Source of the DNA: Batkoa obscura
Lineage: Eukaryota
Assembly: GCA_030770535.1 (NCBI GenBank)
Contig: JASVEC010000012.1
Coordinates: forward strand, 930,001-994,000
Length of the DNA stretch: 64,000 nt
Direction: 5' to 3'
Position 1 is the stretch's first letter; each line of letters opens with the position of its first letter. The notes under the pieces are model-generated. The model had not been told where the DNA came from. It was given only the letters and a program-made list of their open reading frames with translations, and did no database searches. Shown here one piece after another: positions 47,692 to 61,708 of the stretch. The translations under genes were made by a program, and so were the position numbers.

Positions 47692-50600
47692 ATGGAAACT
47701 AAAGAGAAAAAAAATAAGCTAATATTTCCGAATGTAAGATACTGGATCAATCCTTATCTACCATTAGAATTAAGAAAGCAAGTAAAAGAATCAATTCGGC
47801 TTATAGAAAACTAAAATTTAATATACAAAAGTTAAGGAATTTATTGGAACAAAACGGCGCTTACCCAGCCATTAGAAAAGAAGAGGATTTGGAATTGAAT
47901 CAAACCAAGTTCCAGTTATTTGATATCAAAAGAGTAACGCATATAATTAGCGCTACCTGGGATTTTATTGGACATAGTGAGCTCATTAAATCAAAACGAA
48001 ATTGTAGAATTGTTACAGTAATTAGTAGTTTTTATTTTATTTCGTTCTAAATTTATAAGATTTAGCCGAAATGGGTATTTGATTGCACTAAATGCAATGT
48101 CCATTATAGGTGAGTTATAATATTTTAATTATAAGATCGAGATTATTAATTTTTTTTAGTTCGAAGTTTTATTCCCCAGAACCTAAGTCGATATTTTCTG
48201 GTATTATCATTTGTTGTCACGGAGTAAAGTAGAATTCAAATACATAATTTAATAACTAATTAAAATGTAAAAGCTTCCAACTTCGGACACGGAGAAAATT
48301 TATGGTGGGGTAGTAGCGTTAGGAGGTCAATATAGAATCAATTTAAGTAAGGAAGTAACACATTACATCGTATTGGACTCAGAAGCTGTAAGTAAAAAAA
48401 CAAAGAATAGCACCTAAAGAGTAATTAATAATGTAAATTAAAGGAAAATAGCATATTGAAGTTACAAAAAGAAAATAATATAAAATTAGTTACTTCTCAC
48501 TGGTTTGAAGATTGTATCAAGTTGAAAAAGCTTTTACCGGAGGTAAGGTTAATTTGTGTAAGTTTATATTAACCATTCATTTTTTTTGAATAGAAAAACT
48601 ATCAATTTCCAACTCCAAATATATTCAAAGATGACTTTAACCCATTGAAATCAATCGTTAAAGTATCTAGACAATACCTTGGGATAGAAGAAGATGTAAA
48701 CTCAACCAAAATAAAATCATCCTGGTTTAATAGTAATTATTTAAGTGGACTCGTTATTTATTTAGATAATGAACTACGACTACAACAGAAATTTGTGGAA
48801 AAGATAAAAGATGAATTAACAAAGTATGGGGCTAGAATTAGCACTACTTTCGATCTATCAATAGTTAATTGCTATATTTGTCAGTTTAAGAACTCAAAGC
48901 ATTATGAAGAGGTAATATATTATATATTTTAATACTAAAAATTTATTGATTATAATAGAGTTTAAAAGCAAGTATAATTATCGGTAATTTAACTTGGTTG
49001 TTTCATATAATATTAAGTAAAAGGTTGGATTCGCCTTTAAATCAATTGTTGTTTTATCCTACTCAAGCTTATGCAGTTCCGAACATGAAAAATTGTGTAA
49101 AGTTTTGTTTCATCTCTATCTTTATTCTTTTTTAATTAGTAATTTAGGTCATTTCTATCTCCAACTATGACCAAGGTTCTAAAGAGTATTTAGAAAAATT
49201 AATTACCACTATGGGAGCCACATTTACCACTGGTCTTAGTGCTAAAAATACTCATTTGATATGCGCCAGGTACATTTATAATATATCTATGAGCTTAGTT
49301 TTATTTACCCAGATTTAGCCAACAAGGAGAAAAATATTCCAAAGCACCTGATTGGAACATAATAGTGGTCAATCATTTATGGCTAGAAGATTGCTACCGT
49401 TCATGGTCTTGCCAACCGGTAACAAAAATACATTATTCACATTTTCCCCATGGTGTAAGTATGATCAATTTGGTCTCTTATTCTAATTATTCTTATGAGG
49501 ATATTGCTATAAGAGATAATTTGGAAATCAATGAAGATTCTATTTCAATCACAGAATCTGAACCTGAGCAATTCGCTAATCTACAAAATGGAATTGAAGA
49601 AGAGGAAAGTATGCTGCCTACTTTGGACGAGTTGTTTGGGGAAGTATCAAAAGGAAGTATTCAAGATGTTCAAGATGTCCAGGAGGAAGTAAAAGTAGAT
49701 GTCAGTAAAGAAGAAACAGAGGATAATGAAAATAAGGAGGAACAAAAGGGTAATGGTACTCAGGAAGAAATGAAGAATCAAGAAAATAAAGAGAGAACAA
49801 ATAGAAAAGAAGTAAAAGAAGAACTGAATCTCCGTCCATCACGTAAAGCTGCCACATTCGCAACGGAAAATTTGATGAAGTTGATGGAAGCACAAAATCA
49901 ATTTGAAAAGAGGGTTGGTAATAAATTAAAAAAATTTAGTTTAGCACCACCACCTATTGTAGGTGAAATAAAAGAAAATGTTATACTGCAGGTTAAAAAT
50001 AAAGATAATGACAAAGGGAGTAAAGAAAAGAACCAAACTAAAGAGCATAAAAAGGTGGAAAAATCAAATGTTCCAGCTAAAAAAGGGATAAAAAATATTC
50101 AAGCTAAAATTGAAATCAAAGATCCAAACAGTAAAAAAAGAAAAAATTCAAGTGTTATTGATTTAGTTTCCCCAAAGTAGGTTTTAGTTTATAACCTATT
50201 TTAATAGTTTTGACATGTTTTTATATTAGTCCACCAGTAACTTCGGATAAAGATAAATCTCAAGTTAATGTCACCCCAAGAAAATCTTTAAAAAAAGAGA
50301 TGGCTCCAGCGCTAAATAAAAAGTCGGTTGTTTTATTATTTACTGGAGTGAAACCTACAACCATTGAAAAAAGGGTAATTTAGTTAACATCATTTTATAC
50401 TGTTTGTATTAATACGAGTATTTTAGAAAATAAAAAATCTGGGGGTAAAAATTACAGACTCGGTCCATGAATTTACTCACCTCATTGCATCAAGTGCTAA
50501 CAGAACCTTTAAATTATTGTGTGCTATTAATGGTGGAAAATATATTGTTTACATGCAGTGGCTTTTAGATTCGATTGAAAAGGGCAAGTTATTAGGTAAA

Positions 50601-51127
50601 GTATAATATACTAATTAATAAAATATCTAATTGATACAATATAATACAGATGAAAATAAATATATAATAAAAGACCCACAGACAGAAAAAAAGTATCAAT
50701 TTAAACTTAAAGAATCTTTGCTAAGGGCAAAAAAAGATAAAGTGTTTAAAAATTACGAGTTTACTTGTACACCGCAAGCTAAGCCTAATCCAAATGATTT
50801 AAAAGATATCATCGAGCTTGGGGGTGGAAAGGTAATTGTTGGAATAATTAAATAAAATCATACTGATCAATTGGTTCTTTAAATTAGATGATAAACCCCT
50901 TTCCGTCAAAGCGAATTATTGAAGAAAAACTTAAAGCTGCAAAAAGAGGAGATTACCAATTTATTGTTTTATGCGGGGAGGAAGATGACGATAAGTTTTT
51001 AAGCGATAGAGTGGGTAAGGAGTTTATGAATGGAAATGAGTCTATCGTTTATAAATCAGAAAGTGTACTCCATGCTAGTATGGTTCAAAATTTTGAGTTA
51101 AATGAAAAGGATAGAGTTTGCTTTTAA
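47692..51127 (+). CDS. Multi-BRCT DNA-damage scaffold protein (Rtt107/Brc1/PTIP-like)
   Basis: Repeated BRCT signatures (VTHII, WVFDC, VTHYI, HWFEDC, NTHLIC, HLWLEDC, FTHLIA, WLLDS); N-terminal BRCTs, charged linker, C-terminal BRCT pair. Confidence 0.85.
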
Positions 51128-51288
51128 TTAAATATTAATTTGGCTAAAAGCTTTTTTTATTTATCTTATTAGTTATAGTTTATTATTATTATGTTATTAT
51201 ATAGATTTAAAATTTTACACTTGATTGTATTAAAAAATTGCTTTAATAGCTATAAACTTTTATAGAATGTAGTGTAATATAACTTAGA

Positions 51289-52234
51289 TTATAAGCTACC
51301 CCCAAGCATTACATTATCAATCAAACGAACCGTTTTACCAGTTGGACCAACTTTAATAGCACCTGATAAAAGAGCTCCATTTTGAGTAACTTGCTCAACC
51401 TCATCTAAAGTAACCGGATCTGAAAGTCTAACATATTCTAACTCGACTTCCTTAAACTCCTGAATAACCTCTTTAGCTTCATTTAGTAAACTCTCTCTGT
51501 CAACTACACCTTGTTTAAAAAGAGCCTCACTTGAGCAAAGTGCTTTGTATAGAGCCAACGCTTCCCTTTCCTTAGTCTCTTGGCTAAGATATTGATTTCT
51601 ACTTGACATAGCGAGCCCGTTCTCTTCTCTAGCAATTGGGCATAACACCGCCTTAGTATTGAAACAAAGGTCTTTAATTAAATTTTTTACCACAACGCAT
51701 TGTTGAGCATCCTTTTGACCTAAATACAAAAAGTCTGGCTGTACTATATTTAATAGTTTACTCACTATGGTAGCTACTCCTCGGAAGAAATGAGGTCTAA
51801 TAGAGCCTTCGAGTTGATGCGATTTTCCCAATACTTCTACAAAGGTGCCTACTTGGGAATTGACATTTAATGTTATGCCAGATGGATACATCTCTTCTAC
51901 TGAAGGGAGGAAGACAGCATCCGCTAAACCTTCTAGTTTTTTGATATCACTGTCAACATCTCGTGGATACTTATCTAAGTCTTCTGTAGGCGCAAATTGG
52001 CTTGGGTTCACAAATATACTTACAATAGTTAGGTCGGATTGCTGCTTAGATTGTTTTACTATTTTAAATGTTTAGTTGAATTTCCTTTTTATATAGTGTT
52101 TAACAATTACCTAAACCTAAATGGCCTGAATGTAAAGCTCCCATCGTTGGCACAAAGCCTATCGATTTTAACTGATTTTGCTTATGCCATACCCGTACTT
52201 CTTGAATTGTTTTTAAGGTTGTTATTGTGGCCAT
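51289..52234 (-). CDS. PAN6: Pantoate-beta-alanine ligase
   Basis: GFVPTMGALHSGH, SIFVNPSQF, RPHFFRGV, GQKDAQQ, GLAMSSRN, RLIDN; one intron. Confidence 0.96.
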
Positions 52235-52441
52235 GATTTGAGATGCTCTTTAAAAAAGTGATTTCGTAATTTTTTAATTGTAGAATTTTAATGTTAAGCT
52301 TAGAATAAATTGTGTAACTTTTATAATACAAATTTATTAATGATTAAATTAAATGATTTGAATAATATATTATACATAATAAAATAAATGATCAATTTGT
52401 ATCTTACAACTTTCATTTATTTATACTTAAAAACTTAAGGG

Positions 52442-52968
52442 TTAATCAATCTTCCCACTAAGGTATATTTATTGGCAAAATGGTTTTCCCAATCATTTAA
52501 CGAGTCCCACTCATCTTTAGTAAGGTTCTCTAAAAGATCAATAGGATCTTTCAAATCAGTAAGCACTTCGACATCAAAAGAATTTTTAGCTAGTCCTCTT
52601 GATGCATCTCTTCCAGCAAAATTTTCATATGGGCCACCTAAAACCAGAATGTTTAAAATATGATTTCTAGGAGCTCAATATCATAACTTACCAGGTCCGT
52701 AAAAGTTTCTCCCATTGGTCACATCGTAAATGTTATTCTTCACTCCCATATAGATTGGCTTGTTGTTTTGGCCGTCGTAGTAGCATAATTCCATGGGCGT
52801 ATAGTCTTTAAATAATATTGCTTCAGGATAGCTTGGAACTGGTAGATCTTGGTCTTTGGACTCGGCAGTCCATAAATTGTAAAGTATTACCAATAAAATG
52901 GCAGTTAAAAACCAATTAGTTTGGTTTTGAAGTAGTTGATTGTACAATAGCTTTATGCTTGAATTCAT
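52442..52968 (-). CDS. DAP1: Cytochrome b5-like heme/steroid-binding protein (MAPR family)
   Basis: N-terminal TM; [38 protein letters not shown]. Confidence 0.9.
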
Positions 52969-53899
52969 TTGCTTTTTTAAAATTAAAAAGTGAATTTATC
53001 AATTTTTCAAGCTAAATAGTATTGTATTTTATTCTTACGTTTATCCGAAATTGATTAATTTTTGGAGTTTAGTTGCGGACAGGAATTTTACGCTTGTTTA
53101 GTATCATTAGTTTATCCTTACAGTGAAGGTAGTAATGTAATAGCTATATGCTATTTTATACTAAAAACTAAAGTTTAATATGAAAAAATAAGTAATAGTA
53201 AAGAAATGTGCCATTCTAAAGCCATTTTTTTATAAAGTGAAGGCCATAAAATTACTATAAAATTTTACTAGTTATGTTTCTTGTTTAAGAGTTCGACTAA
53301 ATAATTTTATCAACTTTTAGGCTTCACATAAGTAAAAAAGATATGAGACGAAAAAGATATCACATTTTAGATAAAACTTTGTCCAATGTCTTCAGATGAA
53401 TTTCAATTAAAAGCAAATTGACATAAAAATAATTTTCTTTTTTACTTGATATTAGTTGTTAACATAATGTATACAAACCAAATTAAAGCACTAGGTTGTA
53501 AGATTTTTTAAACAAAATTAAGTTATCTTTATTTGAAATGTGAATTTTATTTTTAGACTAGTAAAGTAGATTTTTTCTGTTAAAAATATTCTGATAATTA
53601 CGGTTAAGCTCAACGAAATGCTATACATGAATAGTGGGATATTTTTTATAACTGCATATTGGCATATATGTTGCATATAATGAATAATTAATTAAAATTA
53701 ATTATAAAGTTTGATAACTTACAGATTACTATTTGATATGACTTGAATGAGAATTTACTAACGAAACAACTTCTCAAACTGAACAAATAATTAATCCAAT
53801 AAAATCAAAGATTAAAGGTTTAATATTACAAAATAGCGCCTATTTTTACCATAAACAGTAGCAAACTATTTTTTAGCATTTATTTTTTATACTTTTAAA

Positions 53900-55578
53900 A
53901 TGGATAATTTCTTAGAAAGGATAAATAATGAGGCTAACACTCAATTTACTAAAGCTCAGGCAAGCTTTGAGCAGTTTTATAGAAAAGAGAATCAGGTCGA
54001 AAATGATCAAAATCAACAGGCTGAACCTATTCAAACTATTCTATATCCTGGTACTTTAAAAACTAACCAAATTTATACCATCGAAGGGTATCAAATTCAA
54101 TTATTGAAATTTTTAGCCGAGGGTACTTATGCTCACGTTTATTTGGCTGCTGTAATGGAGATGCCTGTAGAGCTCAAGTTAAATAATAATAAGATGGTTC
54201 TCAAAAGAGTGGTTATTAGTGATAATAAGGAATTGGAAAAATTGAAAAACGAAATTAAGTTTATGGTAATTTAAGTTAAAAAATAGTATATAAATATATA
54301 AACTATATTAGAAATCATTGAGTGGAAATATGAATATTGTAGACTATTATGCTTCTACGATTCACCCTTTACAAGATGGGTCTGGTTCTTATGAAGCTTT
54401 TATTTTAATGGAGTATTGTTCAGGTAATTTAAATTAACATTAGTAACAATTCTTACATTCATATCATCATTATTAGATGGCACTCTGTTTGATTTAATGA
54501 AGTCAAGGGAACCAGTATTTTTCAATGAAAAAGAAATTTTGTTTTTATTCCATGATATATGCATGGTATTTATTATTATTCTTAATTTGATTAATACTAA
54601 CTTGTTATCAAGGGTGTCGCTGCAATGCATTATCATGAACCTGTTATAGTACATAGGGATATAAAAGTGAGTATATTATATACAAGTAATACATCTATTT
54701 ATTAAATTTAATTAGGTCGAGAATGTATTAATTAGTTACAATAAGCGTTTTAAATTGTGCGATTTCGGTTCAGGCACTACAGAAATTATTCCACCAAATA
54801 CTTCATTACCAGTAGCTAAAGCGACACAATTAGAAATCGAGCTTGATTCATGCACAACCTTACAATACAGGGCACCGGAAACTATTGACCTTTATATGAG
54901 ACGAGGTTTAGGAGAAAAGATGGACATATGGGCTTTGGGAATCTTATTATATAAACTATGCTATTTTATCACGCCCTTCGAAGAAGTTGGAAAATTGGCT
55001 ATATTAAATTGCAAGTTTGAATTTCCAGCAAAGCCAATGATACCCAACCCTATATTAAAACTAATTAACGATATGCTCCAAGAAGATCCATTGCAAAGAC
55101 CTAATATTTATCAAATTGTTTTACAAGTTTCAAAGCTGAGAAATGTACCTTGTAATCTCAAAGAGGTAATTATGATACATTATATTGTAATGTGTTATTT
55201 TGATTAAACGGATTTTTGTAATTTTAGAAAATAGACACATATAAACAAGAAGTACAAGTACAGTTAAAAGAAGTAATTCCGCCTGCAACCCAAACTCATG
55301 AAGTTAAAAAAGCAGCTATTTACCCACCAACCAACCAATTTGATTTTCAAACTGAAAATATAGTACCTATGCGTCGAGGAAGACCAAGTAGAAACAAAAA
55401 TAAAATTAACCCAAGTGAGTCATTAAAGAGCAGTGATTTGCCTAGCATTTCTACTACTACTACTACTACTACCGTAAATAATACTGATACCTTATTTTCC
55501 CCAAGAGAAGTTGACCCTTTTGAAATGTTGGTTAATAACGCCGATGATGGGTTTAGTAATACCACTTTGAGAAAATAA
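53900..55578 (+). CDS. NAK-family (Ark1/Prk1/AAK1-like) Ser/Thr kinase
   Basis: LAEGTYAHVY, HRDIKVEN, LCDFGS, TTLQYRAPE, KMDIWALG, LCYFITPFE, MRRGRP. Confidence 0.92.
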
Positions 55579-55904
55579 TTGGTTTTGTTATTATACAATA
55601 AATAAATAATATTTGTGTGTTAATTATTTATAAAATATATAGTATTATTTTAATAAAAATTAATATGTTATTTCGATATTTTTCAACAACTTTTTAATTT
55701 GTTTTAATATCAAACATTTGATATTAAAATAACTAAATATAGTAAAAATATGGGCATTAAGGAAGCTAGAGTCCACTACAGTTGAAAAAGAGAAGCGATG
55801 ACGTAAATAAAAAAATAAAAAAACCAAATGATCACAAAAATAAATCTACTATAAAAACAAAAACAAAAGAATGGAAGCTGTAATATTTTATAAATTTAAA
55901 GAAT

Positions 55905-58248
55905 ATGATTACAGATTACTCTTCCCAACAAGTTATTGATTTAGCAGTCAATCGAAAAACTAAAACCTTCAATGAAGATGAGTTAAGTTGTTTGATTTAT
56001 GATTCTAAACAAAACTTAGAGCATATATTAAAGCTTACAAATATTGTTGAAAAGGATGGCGCTTTTAATAAGGAAAAACTGATTTATATGGATAGGAAAG
56101 AAGTAATAATATAATTTTACATACATACATGTAGCTAATAGCTTATTTATTAGGCCATAAAGTGGAATTTTAATGCAGCTAAAAGGATTCTTGAGCTAAA
56201 AGCGATATACAATCTGAGCGATGAAGATGTTAATATTATAATATCAATTATTGATGTACCTAATCCTGTAAGTATAAATTTATGCCTGTAGATTATATGT
56301 ATTAATTACAATAATTAGTTATACCTTCATAGCATATTTGTAAACGCTGTAAACACTCAGATGGATTCTACTCAAAATAAGTCTTGGTTAGATAAAATTA
56401 ATCAGTTTAAAGTATTAGGATGGTAATATCAAGATTAAAATAATTTACTATTCTTATTAAATTGAATTAGTTATGCACAAACCGAACTAGGTCATGGTAG
56501 TGCACTATCTAACTTAGAAACCACTGCTACTTACGATTCAACCAGTGATTCCTTTATTATCCATTCGCCAACTATTAGTGTAATTGAATCGTACTGTTAT
56601 GATACAAATATATAATTCAATGTTTACTATAGTCAGCTAAATTTTGGCCTGGAGGATTAGCGAATTTCAGTAACCATTGTTTGCTTTATGCACAATTGTA
56701 TATCAAGGGTAAACATTATGGACCCCATGGGTTTATAGTACAATTAAGATCTATTGAAGATAATAGTATCTTACCGGGTATTAAACTATATGACATTGGA
56801 CCCAAAATGGGGTTTGCTACAGTAGATAATGGTAAACTTTAATTCTTTATTGAAAACTACAGTTTTTATTATTTATATTATAGGCTGTGCTATGTTTAAC
56901 CAAATAAAAATACCACGAGAAAACATGTTGATGAAGTTTTCAAAAGTGGACAAAAATGGTATTTATACAAGTCCACCTCACTCCAAATTAGTATATGCTG
57001 TAATGGTAAGTCTTTCGAGCTTTTATATAATTCAATTATTAACTTTATAGACTGGGACCAGAGTAATGGTGATAGAAGGAGCGTGGATTCCATTAGCACG
57101 AACCTGTGTGATAGCGCTAAGATATAGTTTAGTACGTCGCCAAGGCTCCCAATCGAATAGTATAAAGCAAGAACCACAAATAATCAACTACATTACAGTC
57201 CAATACAAGTTATTTACTTTATTAGCTTCTGTGTTTGCATTAAATTTAGTATCAAAATGGATGAAAGAAGTTTATAAGAAAATGATAAACAAAATCCAAT
57301 TTGATGGAGATGTATCTTTATTAGGCAGTTCTCATGCCATTTCGACTGCTTTGAAAGTGTACACTACCCAAGTTAGCGCGGATGGCGTTGAAATTGCTAG
57401 AAGAACTTTGGGTGGACATGGGTAATTTTGATTTTACATTTAATTATCTAATGATAACGATTGATATTAGTTATTTGGCCTCCTCCAATATGCCTAATTT
57501 AGTTAACACCACTGTTGCTTCAATGACTTATGAAGGAGACAACAGTTTACTAACTCAACAAACAGCAAGATATTTAGTAAAACAGTATAAAAAAATCATT
57601 AACAGAGATGAAGATATTGATTATATAGTTAAGGAGCTTAAAGATATCAAAGTTGAAAAAAGTAAAGTGTCTGTAATAAGTTCCAGCTTAGAATTAAATC
57701 CTACTAGTTTAATTCAACTATTTTCATTAAGACTTTATTCCCAATTAAAAGAGTTTTATCAAATGAATACTGAAACTAAATTTGAATTGTTAAATTTAGA
57801 GTCTATTAAATTATCCGATGCTTTTGCTCAATATTTGACTGTTACTCAATTTTATCAACAAATTCAACAGTATCAATCTCAATCCATCTTCCCAGTCTTA
57901 ATTGTTTTATTTGAAATTTATTCTATCCATACTTTATTATCCAATTTAGGTGAATTTCTTCAATATGAATTACTAAGTCCATCTCAGATCCCATTATTAC
58001 AAGCTAAACTGAAAAGCCTATTTAAAGTGTTAGTACCTAACGTAGCCACTATTTTGGATGCTTTCCAGTTTTCTGATTTCACCTTAAATTCTTCTCTCGG
58101 TTTAAAGCAGGGTAATGTTTATGAAAGAATGTTTAAGGATTTAGAAGCTAATCCTTTGAACTCAGATCAACAGTTTAAAAATGAGCTTTCTAGAGTTATT
58201 AACCAGATCACTCATTTAGATGTTTTAGGGTTAAAAAATAAACTCTAA
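55905..58248 (+). CDS. POX1: Peroxisomal acyl-CoA oxidase
   Basis: YAQTELGHGS, KFWPGG, DIGPKMG, RYSLVRRQ, GGHGY, TYEGDN; C-terminal NKL is PTS1-like. Confidence 0.92.
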
Positions 58249-59535
58249 TTTTTTTCATACAATTTTAATGATTTAACTAATCATGATCTTTTTTTATATC
58301 ATTTTCTATATTACTAAAGTTTAAAAGGTGGTCATTTTAACTTAAATATAATTTATAAACTTAGATTGAAATCTAACAATAATTATTAAAGATGAAAAAA
58401 TGGATTCGATGTCAGTCTTTCGTTGTCATATTGATCTTACTTTTAATTTCAAGAGTTAACATTGCAAAAAAATTTAACAAATAGCAGTTACACATTGAAT
58501 ATAATAAAAGATTTTGATTACAATTCCTTGTCACAAATATTGGTCGCAATTAAGGTGAATAGGGATTACTGCTAAATTTTATTTATTTAAATAGAACCAA
58601 TTTTAAGTAATAAGTTAATAATAAGTGGGCAGAAGCTGATTAACATGTTTTAATTAATTAAAAATTAAACCTTACCCTAACTCTGACTTCCTTAACCTCA
58701 ATACCAATCTTCCTAACCTTAACTCTAGCCTTTACCATATACATATTATTTTTCTAAGCTTTTTTAGCTTGTTGATTGTTTTTTTTGATTTGGACTTTTT
58801 AAATTATAAAAGAAATGAATTTTGTAGAAATTGGCAGGGAAAAAAATAAATTAATAGTTAATCAGCAATTAGAACTTAAAAACCCTAATAGTTATCTAAG
58901 TAATAAAATATAAAAAGTAGTATAATTAAGCATAAGGACTTGTGTAACATCTTGTCTGGTTATAATGATTTATATTTAATAATATTATTATTTTTACTAT
59001 ACTAATAATATATATATTATATATAAAAAATACTGTTTTTTTTTCAATTTTTTTTTAGTTTAAGCTTAATTTTTGGTTTTTTTATATTAATAAAACTTCA
59101 AATCTAATGTACTAAAATTTTGTAATTACTTTTAACAAACTTATTTTATCTTTTATATTATTTTTTACTAATTTCTATATAACTTATTATTAATACAAAT
59201 TATCTTTTTATTTATTTTATATAATTTGCTTGATTACTATATATTATTTTTTTATAAGTCAAGTTTAATTATTAAAACTAAATTTTTTTGACTTATTATA
59301 AATAATCAACTAAAAAACTTTTACAGCTTTTTTATTAAGCATTAAATTTTATAAAGTGAAAAAAATAATAATAATTTTATTAAATAAAAAAACTAAATAG
59401 CTTTATTATATAGTATAATAATAAATTTTAAAGTTTAAATTATAATGATTTAAAATTTTATTTTTATAAAATGTTTAAAAAACATAACTTTAAAATAAAC
59501 TTGATTATAAAATCTGTGCTTAAAGCTTAATTGCT

Positions 59536-60107
59536 TCATGGGGGTGTTTTTTTTGGCTTCATTATTTTTTCCGTTTTTTAGCGCTATTTGAGCGGAAAGA
59601 TTGTTAGTGTGAAATATTGCTTTATTTAGCTCTCGGATTGATTATAACACAACAATCACTTAAGTTGTTGTGTTCTCAAGTTCAAACACAATCAAGTCCG
59701 AGTCCCTTATTTTGATTTACTGCGAGAATTTATAACTTCATATTGCAAACAATATTATCTCCTTTTAATATCCATACTTATTGGAGTATAAAAGAGATTC
59801 TTCAATATGATAACTCGAGGCTTTTTAACTGAATTACTCCCTGATATCGTACCATTAATAAAGCCACTAAGTCTTTCTGACAACTTCTTACGTAGATTTT
59901 ACAGTAGTATTGTCTATTCTATTTGTTTTACATAGTTCGTAACTTATTACGTATTATTCTTATCCATTTAAGTCTATCTTAGTTATATAAACTAAGACCT
60001 TTCGACCCAAGGCAAGTTAATCAATCAAGAACTGCTTTTAACTCCTACCATTAAGTACCAACTTTCACATTAGTAAAATTGTTAAACAAAAAAATACATC
60101 CCCTTAT
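59536..60107 (+). mobile_element. ~105-bp MITE, copy 5, split by a solo LTR
   Basis: 5' part 59540-59607 and 3' part 60074-60103 rejoin to the consensus; flanks TCAT/TTAT. Confidence 0.88.
59608..60069 (+). mobile_element. Solo LTR, copy 3
   Basis: TGTGAAA...TTTCACA; perfect 4-bp TSD TTAG. Confidence 0.9.
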
Positions 60108-60442
60108 ATTAGCTATAAAAAGCTGAAAGTTAAAAAGTTTGTAATAATTTATTAAAAAAGTATATGAAATATAAAAAAAAGTTATTTGATAAAATATAAA
60201 ATATTCATATCAAAATATTATTTAATTAAAAAAGATAAAAAGTATTTTACATAAAAAGCTAAAAATGTGAATAAAGTTTAAAATTTAGTTATATAGCAAA
60301 ATATTACATTTTTAAATAAAAGCAACTATTATTTGTAACCTTATAATTTTAAATAAAGCTGGTAGTTAATAAGTTTTAGTTTATATAGCTAAAATAAATT
60401 ACATAAAATAATAACAAAATAAAATAAAAAATAAAATAAATA

Positions 60443-60547
60443 ATATGAGGATATTTTTTGGTTTCATTACTTTTTCCATTTTCTAAGCGCTGTTTGAGTG
60501 GAAAAATTGTTAGTAAAATTCTTAAACACAAAAATACATCCCCATAT
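60443..60547 (+). mobile_element. ~105-bp MITE, copy 6
   Basis: ATAT-GAGGATATTTT...AAATACATCCCC-ATAT. Confidence 0.88.
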
Positions 60548-61351
60548 AAAAGTTAAACCTTATATTTTATTGAACACTGACTTTAGCATAGATTATATTT
60601 AAGCATATTTTATTAAAATAAGTAAAATTAAATAAAAAGTAAAATTTTAATTATAAAAAAAAAGACTTTTTATAGTGGATCCCAAAACGCTACCCGCTAC
60701 CTTTCAAAAAAATTAATAGTATTTTACTATATAAGTTATTAATATTTTTTATAAATAACTCATTATGTTTAATTCTCAGTTCAAAGTTGCAGGTTTTTTG
60801 CCTTTAACCAATCAAAATGACTTGCGCCAAGGTCCAAATTCCCCGAAAATGCTGATGTCGATATGTTAATTATTTTTACACTTTTAAATCAATTCAAGAA
60901 TAATTAATTTAATTGGTCAAATTTATCCTTACAGTCTGAGCTTAGTCAGATTTGCTTTGAGCTTTTGGCAGGTTTGTTTTGAAGTTAATCATTATGAAAA
61001 GTAATAAAATAACTTAAATATTAATATTATTGAATAGTTTATTTCAATTGTAATGAAAATACAAGTTAACAAAAAAGACCTTATTATATTAGTACTTTCT
61101 ATATACTTTTTTACCATATTTAAAATAAATATATAATACTATTTAAAATTATAATAATTATGACTATTAACCCAATCCTTACTTTTTTAATTATATAGTA
61201 TGTGATATAGCTAATTCAAAAATTTAAGGATCTAAATAAAGCCATAATCATGTGACCAAACCTTTTCTATAATTTATTTTAAAATTAACCAATAAAACAA
61301 CTAAACTATATCAATATTATAATATATCATTTTATAAAATTTATAAATAAT

Positions 61352-61458
61352 ATATGGGGGTATATTTTTGTGTTTAAGAATTTTACTAACGATTTTTCCA
61401 CTCAAATAGCGCTTAAAAAATGGAAAAAATAATGAAGCCAAAAAAAACAGCCCCATAT
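61352..61458 (-). mobile_element. ~105-bp MITE, copy 7
   Basis: Reverse-orientation full copy flanked by ATAT. Confidence 0.88.
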
Positions 61459-61601
61459 CAGGATTTGTTTGTTTTAAATATAAATTTAATTAGCCAATTG
61501 TTTAATTATTATAAGATTTGATAATTGAAATATAAAATAAAACATTGAATTCATTTTTAGTATTATAACCTGCTTAGCTAAAAATGATTTATTGTAAATT
61601 T

Positions 61602-61708
61602 ATATGTGGAAGTATTTTTGTGTTTAACAATTTTACTAACAATTTTTCCACTCAAATAGCGCTTAAAAGATGGAAAAAGTGATGAAGCCAAAAAAAATAT
61701 CATCATAT
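61602..61708 (-). mobile_element. ~105-bp MITE, copy 8
   Basis: Reverse-orientation copy with eroded termini, flanked by ATAT. Confidence 0.85.

Noticed and set aside
19357..61708. Dispersed ~105-bp repeats as a CRISPR-like array
   Set aside because: Eukaryotic context, irregular spacing, both orientations, TIR/TSD structure and no cas genes.
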